Below are positions 28,899-39,034 of a DNA stretch of 64,000 nt, piece by piece. Position 1 is the first letter of the stretch. Every line of letters starts with the position of its first letter. Source of the DNA: Alphaproteobacteria bacterium (lineage in GTDB: Bacteria > Pseudomonadota > Alphaproteobacteria > CAAHEQ01 > UBA3637); NCBI GenBank assembly GCA_045631185.1, contig JAZQUH010000034.1, positions 42,916-106,915 on the forward strand, given 5' to 3'. The position numbers and the translations under genes were made by a program. Below the pieces are notes generated by a model. That model ran no database searches. It saw only the letters and a program-made list of their open reading frames with translations, and was not told the origin of the DNA.

Positions 28899-29736
28899 TA
28901 TTTAATTTTTGTTTTATTTTGACAATTGTTTCGCCGATACTCATTGTCTTGGTTAGGTCTTTTTGCCAATTTTCGGGCAACTTTGAAATTAAATCCATGG
29001 CTTCTTGAGGTTGATGTTCAATGATTGCCTGTTGAATTTTATTCAAAAGATCCTTTGGTGTGTTTCCCTTTGGATTTGTATTTTGAATATCAAAGAAAAA
29101 GTAGGGGATAACTTTTATGTATTTAATGGCTGATATTTCACCCATTGTTTGCGAAATCAATAATTGTTTTTTTTCTTGACGATAAGTGTGTAACCATTCT
29201 TGCCATGCTGACATTTTAGGCGTGTTGCAATAGCCTTTTAAATTTTGAGCCAATTCTTTAAATTCATTATTGTTATTCAATCCTTTGACAAATTCCCGAC
29301 AATCTTTTTGTGCGATAAAATCAGCCCATGTATAATCAAGTTTTGGTTCTTGTATTTCGTCTTCGGCAGTTTCGGCTAAAGTTGTTTGTGTCAAATTTTC
29401 AGGTTCAATAATTATGTCCGATTCCGTTGCAACAATTTGTTCAGCAGATTCAGATTTTTGAGGAATTGTTAACGTTTCTTCTTGTTTAATAACCTCTGCG
29501 ATAGCTTCTGATTCCTGTGAAACGGCAATCTCATCTTGAATTTCTGATATAACATCTGAATCAGGTAAAATTTCAGGCTGAAGTCCTTCTGATATTTCCT
29601 GTGTTTCGACAGGTTCAATTAGTGCCTCTGTTGCTTCTAATTGTACTTCTTGCGATAAAGCGTAATTACTAAATCCTAAAACACCAAAACATATCGCCAA
29701 ACAAAACAGTTTGCTGATATTTATTTTTTTTGTCAT
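28873..29736 (-). CDS. acidic membrane-anchored protein upstream of hemY-like gene (HemX/Mic60-like candidate)
   Basis: Signal/TM anchor, long acidic Glu/Gln-rich linker, conserved C-terminal domain. Synteny with the hemY-like gene. Confidence 0.35.
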   Translation of the reverse strand: MTKKINISKLFCLAICFGVLGFSNYALSQEVQLEATEALIEPVETQEISEGLQPEILPDSDVISEIQDEIAVSQESEAIAEVIKQEETLTIPQKSESAEQIVATESDIIIEPENLTQTTLAETAEDEIQEPKLDYTWADFIAQKDCREFVKGLNNNNEFKELAQNLKGYCNTPKMSAWQEWLHTYRQEKKQLLISQTMGEISAIKYIKVIPYFFFDIQNTNPKGNTPKDLLNKIQQAIIEHQPQEAMDLISKLPENWQKDLTKTMSIGETIVKIKQKLNNEQEVQND

Positions 29737-29758
29737 TTCCCCCCCTTTTTTTGTTTTT

Positions 29759-31270
29759 CTATTCTTCTGTCATATAGGCGGAATAGAATTTTTGAATTAC
29801 TTTTTCGTTGATTTCAATATCAAAATCTTTAGCATAGGATTCTTGTGTGGCAGAAAGTAAATCTTGGGTGTAAATGCCCAAAGCTTCACTTTTTTCGCTA
29901 TCCGATATGGCTTCTGTGTTCGGAATAATCTTATTTACCGTTATAACCCATGTGCCATTATTGACAGGATAGGACTTTGTATTTTGAATACCAACAGATT
30001 GATTGTAAATTTCGGATAATAATTCCATTGGGATCGTTTTGGATTTTGTTTGTTCCACAACTTCACGTATAGGGTTATATTTTCCCCAATTACCTTTTTC
30101 AATAAGTGTATTGGTTGTTTGTTGAACAATTTGTGGTAATTTTGATTTTTGCTCTTCGGCTTTCCATAAATCCATGACCTGAGCTTTAACCTTTTCAAAA
30201 GGTTTTAAGGCAACCGGAATGATTTTTTCCACTTCGGCAACCAAAAATCCGTTTTCATAATCCGAAATGCTGGTCGATTCATTGGTTGAAAGAGTGAAAA
30301 TTTCTTGCAATAAAGGATTTTTATCTAAACTTTTATCGGCCAACTTGCCATTTTGATTAAGTCCGGAAAAATCGGTTGTAATTTGTTTTGGTTTTGGCAA
30401 AGATAAACTTTCGACAGCATCTTTTAATGGTGTGCCGGCACCCAAAGCATCTTCTAAATTTTGAACAGCCTGATACATTCTGTCATAGGCAGTATTCTTA
30501 TCACCTTCAAAATGAGCCGGCGTTATAAACAACAATTGAATTTGACGATATTCAGGTGTTGTAAATTCCTCTTGATAGGCTTCATAATAATCTTTTAAAG
30601 TTGTTTCATCAGGGGTACCGACAGGAATATCTTTTTCACTTAATAACAAAGCAGAAACTTCACGTTTTTCTTTTTGGATATTCGCAATATTTTCAATAAT
30701 CGTTTTATTTTGTGTGGCCACCTTTGATAACGCAATGGATAAATGTCTGTTAGACAATTCTTTTTTCAATTGCTCGGATAATTCGGCTTGATTCATTCTC
30801 AATTGGCCCAAATAAGCATAAAAAAGATTTGCGTCAAAATTACCCTGTGCATCTTGGAATGCAGGGTGGCGTTCCACATATTTACGAACAGCTTCATCCG
30901 AGGCGGTTAGGCCGATTTTATCGGATATTTTTTGCGCAACCTGTTCGGCCACCAATTGTTGAACAGTTTTATCCAATAAACCAACTTCAATGGCTTTTTT
31001 AACGGTCATATTTTGACCGGTTAAGGCTGAAATTTTTGTGCGTTCCCTATCCAACATTTGGTTGAGATAAGTTGTTGTAATAACATTAGAATCAACCGTT
31101 ATCGCTTTATTGTTGGCTGAAAATCCATCGGATAAACCGCCTAAACCCCAAAAAGCCATCATACTTAAAGCCAAAACAGCACAAATAATCTTTGCAACCC
31201 AACTGTTTCCAAGTTTATTAAAAAAAGAAATCATCTTTTGTCCTTTCGTTTTTTTGCTTATCTTAAACAA
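29759..31270 (-). CDS. PpiD/SurA-like periplasmic chaperone (peptidyl-prolyl isomerase family), membrane anchored
   Basis: N-terminal TM (WVAKIICAVLALSMMAFWGLGG), SurA-N-like domain, 503 aa. Confidence 0.5.
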   Translation of the reverse strand: MFKISKKTKGQKMISFFNKLGNSWVAKIICAVLALSMMAFWGLGGLSDGFSANNKAITVDSNVITTTYLNQMLDRERTKISALTGQNMTVKKAIEVGLLDKTVQQLVAEQVAQKISDKIGLTASDEAVRKYVERHPAFQDAQGNFDANLFYAYLGQLRMNQAELSEQLKKELSNRHLSIALSKVATQNKTIIENIANIQKEKREVSALLLSEKDIPVGTPDETTLKDYYEAYQEEFTTPEYRQIQLLFITPAHFEGDKNTAYDRMYQAVQNLEDALGAGTPLKDAVESLSLPKPKQITTDFSGLNQNGKLADKSLDKNPLLQEIFTLSTNESTSISDYENGFLVAEVEKIIPVALKPFEKVKAQVMDLWKAEEQKSKLPQIVQQTTNTLIEKGNWGKYNPIREVVEQTKSKTIPMELLSEIYNQSVGIQNTKSYPVNNGTWVITVNKIIPNTEAISDSEKSEALGIYTQDLLSATQESYAKDFDIEINEKVIQKFYSAYMTEE

Positions 31271-31314
31271 AAATCATTTAAAAAGCAAGAACTTTTTATT
31301 TTACTTGATTTTTT

Positions 31315-33558
31315 ATGAAACATGTGCTAAATCTGAGTAAAAAAATTGGGGGAAAAATGACCTGTTTATCATCAAATGAAATTGTGGTTTTGGAAAACGG
31401 TTTATTAAAGGGTGATCCTTTTTCTGTTTTGGGTATGCATAGGGGCAGTTCTGGTAAAGGAATTGTTATTCGGACGGTTCAGCCACAGGCGAAGGATGTT
31501 TTTGTTTTAGATGTAAATGGTAAAAATTTGGGGCAAATGCAACGTGTGGGGCAAGGGGTTTTCCAGTTGGATTTTGAAAATAGGGATGATTTTTTTGATT
31601 ATTACCTTGAAATTAAATTGTATGATGATACCTCTTATAAAACGGAAGATCCTTATCGTTTTTTGCCGGTTTTATCAGATTTAGATTTGTATTTATATGC
31701 CGAAGGAAAGCATTGGCAGATTTATGATAAATTAGGGGCACATCTGATAACACATCAAGGTGTTCAAGGGGTTTGCTTTGCCGTATGGGCACCAAATGCC
31801 AGTCGTGTCAGTGTTGTCGGTAATTTTAATAATTGGGATGGTCGGCGGCATTTAATGCGTCCCCATGGCAATAGTGGTATTTGGGAAATTTTTATTCCCG
31901 GTATCTGTGAATGGGATATTTATAAGTATGAATTATTGGATAAAGATGGTCGTTTATTGCCCTTAAAAGCTGATCCTTTTGCTTTTGTATCCGAGATGCG
32001 GCCAAAAACAGGTTCTTTGGTCTATGATAATTCCACTTATCAATGGCATGATGATGTTTGGATGAAAAAGCGTAAAAACGATTCGCAATCCCGTGATAAA
32101 CCGATGAGTATTTACGAGGTTCATTTGGGTTCATGGAAACGTAAAGAAAATAATCGCTTTATGACATACTTGGAAATGGCCAAAGAATTGCCACGCTATG
32201 TTAAAGAAATGGGTTATACACATGTTGAATTTTTACCTGTTTCGGAATTTCCATTTGACGGCAGTTGGGGATATCAGGTTATTGGTATGTATGCGCCCAG
32301 TTCACGCTATGGAACACCGGGGGATTTTAAATATTTGATTGATTGTTTGCATCAGGCGGGAATCGGTGTGATTATCGATTGGGTGCCGGGGCATTTCCCA
32401 AAAGATGCTTTCGGTTTAATCAATTTTGACGGAACGGCACTTTATGAACATGAAGATCCCCGTAAAGGTGAACATAAAGATTGGGGAACAAAAATTTATA
32501 ATTATGGCCGTAATGAGGTTGCTAACTTTTTATTAGCAAACGCTTTGTTCTGGTTGCGTGTTTATCATGTGGATGGGTTGCGGGTTGATGCTGTGGCCAG
32601 TATGCTTTATTTGGATTATTCCAGAAAACCGGGAGAATGGGTTCCTAATCAATACGGTGGTCATGAAAATTTGGAATCCATTGCTTTTTTACGTCGTTTA
32701 AATGAATTGGTATATGGGGAAAACTCGGGTGCCATTACAATTGCCGAAGAATCAACCGCTTGGCCAATGGTATCCAGACCTGTTTATATGGGGGGGCTTG
32801 GATTTGGTTATAAATGGAATATGGGTTGGATGCATGATACATTAAATTATATGTCCCAAAATCCATTATATCGTAAATTTCATCAAAACGAATTGACTTT
32901 TAGCTTTTTATACGCCTTTACGGAAAATTTTGTATTACCTTTATCCCATGATGAAGTTGTTCATGGTAAAGGGACGATTTTGGGGCGTATGCCCGGTGAT
33001 GAATGGCAAAGGTTTGCTAATTTAAGGGCATATTACGGTTATATGTATATGCATCCGGGGAAAAAGTTATTGTTTATGGGCCAAGAGTGGGGATCAACCA
33101 AAGAATGGAATTATGCCGGACAATTACAATGGGATTTATTGCAATATCCGGTTCACAGTGGTGTTCAAAAATTGGTTAAAGATTTAAATCGTTTTTATAC
33201 CATTCATCCGGAACTTTATCAAATGGATGAAGAAGAGGGTGGTTTTGAATGGATAAATGGATCGGATACGGAAAATTCGTGTTTGACTTTTATGCGTAAA
33301 GATAAAAAAGGAAATACCTTAATTGTGGCGATGAATTTAACACCGATACCCCGATATGATTATAAAATCGGTGTGAATCAGTCGGGTGTTTATCATGAGG
33401 TTTTAAATACTGATTCTGAGATATACGGGGGTAGTGGTGTGCATAATTTGGATGAAATTCATACTTTAGAACCGGGATGGGATTTTAAACCCTATCAAAT
33501 AAAGGTTGTTTTACCACCGCTTTCAATGGTGTGTTTTCAAATAAAGGCAGAAAAATGA
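31315..33558 (+). CDS. glgB: 1,4-alpha-glucan branching enzyme
   Basis: 747 aa with GH13 motifs (GFRVDAV-like VDGLRVDAVASMLY, GENSGAITIAEEST, SHDEVVHGK). Exact start uncertain (alternative ATG at 31357). Confidence 0.9.
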   Translation: MKHVLNLSKKIGGKMTCLSSNEIVVLENGLLKGDPFSVLGMHRGSSGKGIVIRTVQPQAKDVFVLDVNGKNLGQMQRVGQGVFQLDFENRDDFFDYYLEIKLYDDTSYKTEDPYRFLPVLSDLDLYLYAEGKHWQIYDKLGAHLITHQGVQGVCFAVWAPNASRVSVVGNFNNWDGRRHLMRPHGNSGIWEIFIPGICEWDIYKYELLDKDGRLLPLKADPFAFVSEMRPKTGSLVYDNSTYQWHDDVWMKKRKNDSQSRDKPMSIYEVHLGSWKRKENNRFMTYLEMAKELPRYVKEMGYTHVEFLPVSEFPFDGSWGYQVIGMYAPSSRYGTPGDFKYLIDCLHQAGIGVIIDWVPGHFPKDAFGLINFDGTALYEHEDPRKGEHKDWGTKIYNYGRNEVANFLLANALFWLRVYHVDGLRVDAVASMLYLDYSRKPGEWVPNQYGGHENLESIAFLRRLNELVYGENSGAITIAEESTAWPMVSRPVYMGGLGFGYKWNMGWMHDTLNYMSQNPLYRKFHQNELTFSFLYAFTENFVLPLSHDEVVHGKGTILGRMPGDEWQRFANLRAYYGYMYMHPGKKLLFMGQEWGSTKEWNYAGQLQWDLLQYPVHSGVQKLVKDLNRFYTIHPELYQMDEEEGGFEWINGSDTENSCLTFMRKDKKGNTLIVAMNLTPIPRYDYKIGVNQSGVYHEVLNTDSEIYGGSGVHNLDEIHTLEPGWDFKPYQIKVVLPPLSMVCFQIKAEK

Positions 33559-34352
33559 AAATTGATTTGCAGGATAGGGTTGTACGTTTTGTGGTTCAGG
33601 ATTATGTGAATCAGATTTGTAATTATCAATCGGATGAAGAATTAGATTTTGACGTTCACAAATTGATACATACCTTTATGGTTGTCGAAATGGCTCAAGA
33701 TCTGGTTAAATTAGCGAAACCAAAGTTGACTCCCAAAATACAAAAACAGATATTAAATGCGGCTGTTTTGCATGATTTAGGCAGATGTCATGAGTTTAAA
33801 AAGGGTGTTCACTTGAAAAAGATAGATCATGGGAAAATAGGCGCAAGATTGATTGAAAAACATTTTCCGAATATGAAAGCGGAAATACAATCAACTTTGT
33901 ATCATAATAAATGCGCTTCGGATAAAGATCCAAAATCATGTCAACCCGTTTTAGATTATGTGCGCGATGCAGATATGTTGGCGAATATTAAATATGAAAT
34001 AGAACATTTTGATACCTTTTTGACACATATTTTTCATCAAAAGACATCAGCGTTTTTAACTCCGATTATAGATGATGAAATTATTCAAGCTGTTTTACAA
34101 AAACGACCAGCCTGTTGGGCAAAATTGAAAGCAGATAGTTTATTGAATGGTTTTTTGTTTCAAATGTGTTGGTTTTTTAATTTAAGAACTTCTGCTGCCA
34201 ATCTTTTTATCCATAAGACAAAATTATTTGTTAATTATAAGCATATGATATATCAAAGACTTATTCCAATGATTACATCTAATAAAAAGATACAAAATAA
34301 ACTAATGAATCAGATTGATGAAATTTTTCCAGATGCTATTTTGTCGAAGTGA
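33555..34352 (+). CDS. HD-domain phosphohydrolase-like protein
   Basis: H...HD motif (IHTFMVVEMAQ...AAVLHDLGR). Start taken at MKIDLQ. The six-frame ORF starts 24 nt upstream, inside glgB. Confidence 0.5.
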   Translation: MKIDLQDRVVRFVVQDYVNQICNYQSDEELDFDVHKLIHTFMVVEMAQDLVKLAKPKLTPKIQKQILNAAVLHDLGRCHEFKKGVHLKKIDHGKIGARLIEKHFPNMKAEIQSTLYHNKCASDKDPKSCQPVLDYVRDADMLANIKYEIEHFDTFLTHIFHQKTSAFLTPIIDDEIIQAVLQKRPACWAKLKADSLLNGFLFQMCWFFNLRTSAANLFIHKTKLFVNYKHMIYQRLIPMITSNKKIQNKLMNQIDEIFPDAILSK

Positions 34353-34363
34353 TAAAAGAACAA

Positions 34364-35119
34364 TCACTCAAAGGTATAGCCATCAAAGCTTAGTTTTGTA
34401 ATCAATAATTGTCGACAAAGTCCGGATTTTTGACCGCCATAAAGTTGCTCAGAAACCTGACCAAGTGTGACGGCAGATTCAAAACGTTGGTACTCTAAAT
34501 TTCCTGTTCCGTTCCAATAAACCAAATAACCTTCAATATATGCAATATCGCCAACTTTTAAAATATCAATGCCTCGTTGTATTTTTTTATTGGCAGCAAT
34601 AGAGTGGTTGTTATTTATATCTAAGTCTGCTGTTTTGAATATTTCCGGGGAACAAGATTTTATGTGATATTTTGAGAGCAAACATCTGTATTCATGATCA
34701 AAAGTAAAACAATGGGGATTCTTCCCGCTTAAACCAGTTGCGGTGGATATATCCTGAGGGACGATGGCGTCATATAAAGAAGCTCCTTCACGAGATCGAT
34801 ACCAAGTTCCTAATGTGGAATAACGATCTATATAAACAATTCGGGTTGTTGTCTTAAAACGTTTAATGGGTTGAATTTCAATATCATATCCATTAATGTT
34901 TAAAGACATGACTTTTTGTTCAGGGATATCGGTGATTAAATCATGTTCGGCAATTTGTAAAACTTGATTATCTGGTTTCCCATAAAGTTTTTGATAAATA
35001 GGCCTTTTTAAAAAATGATTACTTAAACAAAAAATAATAATACCACCACAAATAGCTTTAAACATAAAGCTTGGAGAGATTAAACATAAGGTCCAAATTT
35101 GTCTTAAATATTTTAGCAT
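34364..35119 (-). CDS. hypothetical membrane-anchored protein
   Basis: 251-aa ORF with N-terminal TM, between the glg genes. Confidence 0.35.
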   Translation of the reverse strand: MLKYLRQIWTLCLISPSFMFKAICGGIIIFCLSNHFLKRPIYQKLYGKPDNQVLQIAEHDLITDIPEQKVMSLNINGYDIEIQPIKRFKTTTRIVYIDRYSTLGTWYRSREGASLYDAIVPQDISTATGLSGKNPHCFTFDHEYRCLLSKYHIKSCSPEIFKTADLDINNNHSIAANKKIQRGIDILKVGDIAYIEGYLVYWNGTGNLEYQRFESAVTLGQVSEQLYGGQKSGLCRQLLITKLSFDGYTFE

Positions 35120-35209
35120 AAAATCATATTAGCAAAAAAAAGTGTAAAAAATCAATATTTTCTTTGCATTTTATTTTAATTTTAATTATATTTTTTAAAG
35201 GGAGAAGAA

Positions 35210-37255
35210 ATGAACTTAGAAATTTTACCTGGCTTGCCGTATCCGTTGGGGGCAAATTATGATGGAAATGGTGTGAATTTTGCACTGTTTTCAAAAAATG
35301 CCACTCGGGTTCAGTTATGTTTATTTGATGCAGATGGTAAAAATGAAAAAAGGGTTGATTTACCCCGTTATACTGATGAAGTTTGGCATGGTTATATAAA
35401 AGGGTTGCGCTGGGGGCAGAGATACGCCTATCGTGTTTATGGTCCTTACGAACCCGAAAAGGGTTTGCGTTTTAATCCGAATAAGTTATTGCTGGATCCT
35501 TATGCGAAAAAACTGACTGCACCGATTTTAGCCCATAACAGTCAGTTGGGCTATAATTTAAGATCGCCAAAGGCGGATTTGTCTTTTTCCACAAAAGATA
35601 GTGCGGATTACCTTCCTAAATGCGTGGTAGTTGATGATAGCTATTTTCAATGGGTGGGTTGCCAAAAGCCAAAACATACTTGGGATGAAGAGGTTATTTA
35701 TGAAGCTCATTTAAAGGGCTTTACAGCCTTAAATCCAGATGTTGATGAAGCTTTTCGTGGAACTTTTAAAGGATTGAGTCATCCAAAAGTGATTGATTAT
35801 TTGAAATCATTGCAAATTTCTGCGGTTGAATTGTTGCCGATTGCGTCTTTTATGACGCCGGGGCATTTGGCACAAAAGGGTTTGACAAATTATTGGGGAT
35901 ATGATCCTGTTTTATTTATGTGTCCTTATGCACCTTATATGTGTAATGGCAGTACGACCGAGTTAAAAAATGCCGTTCGTCTTTTGCATGAAGCTGGGAT
36001 TGAAGTTATTTTGGATGTTGTTTTTAATCACACGGCTGAAGGTAATCAGTTAGGTCCGACGTTATGTTATCGTGGGATTGATAATACGGTTTACTATCGT
36101 GTAAATCCGCAAAATCCACGTTATTATGAAGATACTACCGGTTGTGGGGCCAGCTTTAATTTGGGCCATCCAAGGGTTTTGCAGTTGGTGATGGATTCGC
36201 TTCGTTATTGGGCGGAAAATATGCAAATTGATGGATTTCGTTTTGATTTGGCAACCACTTTGGCCCGTGATGACGATAATACTTTTACTCGCAACAGTGA
36301 CTTTTTGGGCGTTGTTCAACAGGATCCTGTATTACAGCGTTTAAAATTGATTGCTGAACCGTGGGATTTGGGTAATGGTGGTTATCAGGTTGGTAAGTTC
36401 AGACCCGGTTGGGCCGAATGGAATGATAAGTTTCGTGATACCGTTCGTCGTTTTTGGCGTGGGGAAGAAAATATGGCGGGCGATTTTGCCCAAAGAATGA
36501 CAGGATCGGCCGACTTATATCAACAAAACGGTCGCAAACCTTGGGAATCAATCAATTTCATCACGGCACACGATGGTTTTTCTTTGGCGGATTTGGTCAG
36601 TTATAACAATAAGCATAACGAAAAAAATCAAGAAGATAATCGTGATGGTTCAAATGCGAATTTTTCATGGAACAGCGGTCAAGAAGGACAAACAGATAAT
36701 CCTGATATTTTGTTAAATCGTGATAGGCGTGCACGTTCCATGATGGCGTCTTTATTATTATCCTTTGGGACACCTATGATTTGTGCTGGAGATGAAATTA
36801 TGCAATCGCATCAAGGCAATAACAACTTATATGCTCAGGATAATAAAACCTCTTGGATTGATTGGTCGGATGTTTCTGAATCGGGCCAAAAGATGTTGGC
36901 TTTCGTGCGTCAGCTGATGGCATTTCGTCGTAATCATCCGATAATGTCGTACTATGACTTTTTCAAGATGGAAAAACTAATATGGTACAAACCGGATGGT
37001 AAATTGATGACGGATAGGGATTGGGCCTATTATGTACGCAGTTTATCGTATTGCATTCACCAAAAACAGGGGGATTTGTTCTTTGTTTTTAACGCTTATC
37101 AGTCGGATATTGAATGGCAATTGCCCAAAAATAAAAAGGGATTTCATTGGGAGTTGGCATTGAACAGCACATTAGAACCGATTGAAATGGACGATAAAAA
37201 GGCCAAAATTCCGGCTTGGAGTGTAGTTGTTTTTGAAGAAATTAAAGAAAAATAA
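35210..37255 (+). CDS. glgX: glycogen debranching enzyme GlgX
   Basis: 681 aa with GH13 motifs (DVVFNHTAEGN, GFRFDLATTL, EPWD, ITAHDGF). AAGGGAG RBS. Confidence 0.9.
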   Translation: MNLEILPGLPYPLGANYDGNGVNFALFSKNATRVQLCLFDADGKNEKRVDLPRYTDEVWHGYIKGLRWGQRYAYRVYGPYEPEKGLRFNPNKLLLDPYAKKLTAPILAHNSQLGYNLRSPKADLSFSTKDSADYLPKCVVVDDSYFQWVGCQKPKHTWDEEVIYEAHLKGFTALNPDVDEAFRGTFKGLSHPKVIDYLKSLQISAVELLPIASFMTPGHLAQKGLTNYWGYDPVLFMCPYAPYMCNGSTTELKNAVRLLHEAGIEVILDVVFNHTAEGNQLGPTLCYRGIDNTVYYRVNPQNPRYYEDTTGCGASFNLGHPRVLQLVMDSLRYWAENMQIDGFRFDLATTLARDDDNTFTRNSDFLGVVQQDPVLQRLKLIAEPWDLGNGGYQVGKFRPGWAEWNDKFRDTVRRFWRGEENMAGDFAQRMTGSADLYQQNGRKPWESINFITAHDGFSLADLVSYNNKHNEKNQEDNRDGSNANFSWNSGQEGQTDNPDILLNRDRRARSMMASLLLSFGTPMICAGDEIMQSHQGNNNLYAQDNKTSWIDWSDVSESGQKMLAFVRQLMAFRRNHPIMSYYDFFKMEKLIWYKPDGKLMTDRDWAYYVRSLSYCIHQKQGDLFFVFNAYQSDIEWQLPKNKKGFHWELALNSTLEPIEMDDKKAKIPAWSVVVFEEIKEK

Positions 37256-37274
37256 AAAAAATATAAAAAAATGA

Positions 37275-37303
37275 TTGACATTCTAAAATACATATCGTAT
37301 AAT
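37275..37303 (+). promoter_or_regulatory. perfect-consensus sigma70 promoter TTGACA-17-TATAAT for tRNA-Lys
   Basis: ttgacattctaaaatacatatcgtataat. Confidence 0.6.
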
Positions 37304-37313
37304 ACTCCCTATT

Positions 37314-37389
37314 GAGTGCGTAGCTCAGCTGGTAGAGCACCTGACTTTTAATCAGGTGGCCGAGGGTTCGAATCCCTCCGCGCTCACCA
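37314..37389 (+). tRNA. tRNA-Lys (anticodon UUU)
   Basis: Acceptor GAGTGCG/CGCGCTC. Anticodon stem CCTGA/TCAGG with loop CTTTTAA. T-arm GAGGG-TTCGAAT-CCCTC. CCA encoded. Confidence 0.85.
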
Positions 37390-37395
37390 TTTTTT

Positions 37396-37424
37396 TAAGC
37401 CGTCCGAAAGGGCGGTTTTTTGCT
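37396..37424 (+). terminator. rho-independent terminator after tRNA-Lys
   Basis: aagccgtccgaaagggcggtttttt: GC stem followed by a T-run. Confidence 0.5.
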
Positions 37425-37451
37425 ATAAGGTTTTAGATTTAATTTTTTTAA

Positions 37452-37735
37452 TTGCCTTTTAAAAGATTTTGTTTTATAATATATTTGCTTGGGTGAAATG
37501 CCCCTCAAGCTAGGATTTAGTACTCCGATTAGTTACAAGGGCAGAAGATAATAATTCTGTCGGCATCCGCCATGGATATGCCGAAGATGCGTATAGTTCA
37601 TGGGTGGATGCCTGCCGAATAAGGTATCCACCCCAATAAGGCAGGACTATTTTCCTTGTGACTGATAGGTACTAACATCCACCCACCTGAATAAGGTGGG
37701 CGAATTGTTAAATTGGATATAAAAAGGGGTGGATT
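37452..37735 (+). ncRNA. candidate structured leader/small RNA with own promoter (TTGCCT-17-TATAAT) upstream of YpsA-like gene
   Basis: Promoter at 37452-37480. At least three strong hairpins (TCGGCAT..ATGCCGA, GGGTGGAT..ATCCACCC, CCCACC..GGTGGG). Thrice-repeated AATAAGG motif. A 16-codon mini-ORF (MDMPKMRIVHGWMPAE) also lies in this region. No matching known riboswitch recognised. Confidence 0.3.
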
Positions 37736-38179
37736 ATGGGCAAAAAATGCGCTTTTTTCGGACATAGAGATTTGTTTGGAAAATCTGAACAAATTGCCGA
37801 CGTTTTACATCACATTATCATTGATTTGATTCATCATGGGGTGGATGTTTTTTATGTTGGAAATCATGGGGAATTTGACATTTTATCTTCAAAAATCGCC
37901 TGTGATTTAAAAACAATTTATCCCCAAATTCAAGTTGTTGTGGTTCTTTGTTATCCGAATGAATTGCAATACCTAAAATGTCAATTTACGGATTTTATTA
38001 TGCCTGTTGAAATTGAAAAAGCCCCAAAACGTGCCAGTATTATCAAACGCAATCAATGGGTGGTGGATAACACAGATTGTGTCGTTTGTTATATTTGCGA
38101 TAAAATCGGTGGTGCTTATCGGGCCGTTCAATACGCCCAAAAACACAAAAAGAAAATCATCAATTTAAATCTTTGTTAA
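37736..38179 (+). CDS. YpsA/DUF1273-like SLOG-family protein
   Basis: FFGHRDLFGK...GVDVFYVGNHGEFD...YPQIQVVVVLCYPNE matches the YpsA (UPF0398) pattern. GGGG RBS. Confidence 0.45.
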   Translation: MGKKCAFFGHRDLFGKSEQIADVLHHIIIDLIHHGVDVFYVGNHGEFDILSSKIACDLKTIYPQIQVVVVLCYPNELQYLKCQFTDFIMPVEIEKAPKRASIIKRNQWVVDNTDCVVCYICDKIGGAYRAVQYAQKHKKKIINLNLC

Positions 38180-38184
38180 AAAAG

Positions 38185-38964
38185 TTATTTTCCCAGTCCA
38201 GCAATATTGGTCAAAATAGCAGAACGAACAGCTTTTTTTGAAAATTCCTTTGCGATTTTTCCGCCTGTTTTTCCAATAATTCCCCTGCCTAAAACCTTTT
38301 GCGCTCCTTTTTCGGCAACAGTTCCAACCATTTCACCGGCCGTGTTTGCAACAGTTGTTGAAAGGTTTTGTCCTTCTTTTGCGGTATCAATGCACATTTG
38401 TAAACCTTTTTTTGAAGCATTTTCTAGTGTGCTATTCATATTTTTTTGTCCTTCTTTAGAAGTTTTAGGGAGAATAGGTGGAGGCAAAAGATCATCAGAA
38501 TTATTCTCTTGATTAGAAAATTCTTGTTCTGATTTTTCAATATTTTGTGAATTTTCCTCTTTTTGTTCTGAATTTGCTTCGCCGTGGATTTCCATTTCTT
38601 GGGCCACTTCGTCAATACGATTTTCTAATTTTCCGGCAGTTATGCTCAATTGTTCGGATCCGAGTCCTGCTTTTACCAAATCCTCTGCAAGTGTTGGATT
38701 TTTATCAATTTTTTCTTGAAACTCTTTGACTGTTTTTAAATCTGTATCTCTTTTTTCTTTATTTATTTTTTTCGAATTTTGAGATTCTAATGCATCATAA
38801 ACTTCCAAAATTTCACGAGTTTCTTGGGAAGCTTGATTCGCTGTTTTACCTGTAATTTCTTCAATCCCTTTTTGGGCAACTTCTTTTTGCGCTTCTTCTT
38901 TACTGATATCTTTTTTGGCCATTACTTGGTCTATTTGTTCTTCTTTTGTTGTGTTTTTTTTCAT
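38185..38964 (-). CDS. hypothetical acidic coiled-coil protein
   Basis: 259-aa ORF with strong AAGGAG RBS. Low-complexity E/K/Q-rich sequence. Confidence 0.45.
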   Translation of the reverse strand: MKKNTTKEEQIDQVMAKKDISKEEAQKEVAQKGIEEITGKTANQASQETREILEVYDALESQNSKKINKEKRDTDLKTVKEFQEKIDKNPTLAEDLVKAGLGSEQLSITAGKLENRIDEVAQEMEIHGEANSEQKEENSQNIEKSEQEFSNQENNSDDLLPPPILPKTSKEGQKNMNSTLENASKKGLQMCIDTAKEGQNLSTTVANTAGEMVGTVAEKGAQKVLGRGIIGKTGGKIAKEFSKKAVRSAILTNIAGLGK

Positions 38965-39034
38965 TTAAAACTCCTTATCAATAACCTTTAATGATAAAAT
39001 AAAAGCATATAAAAAATGAAAAGTCAATTTTTTT

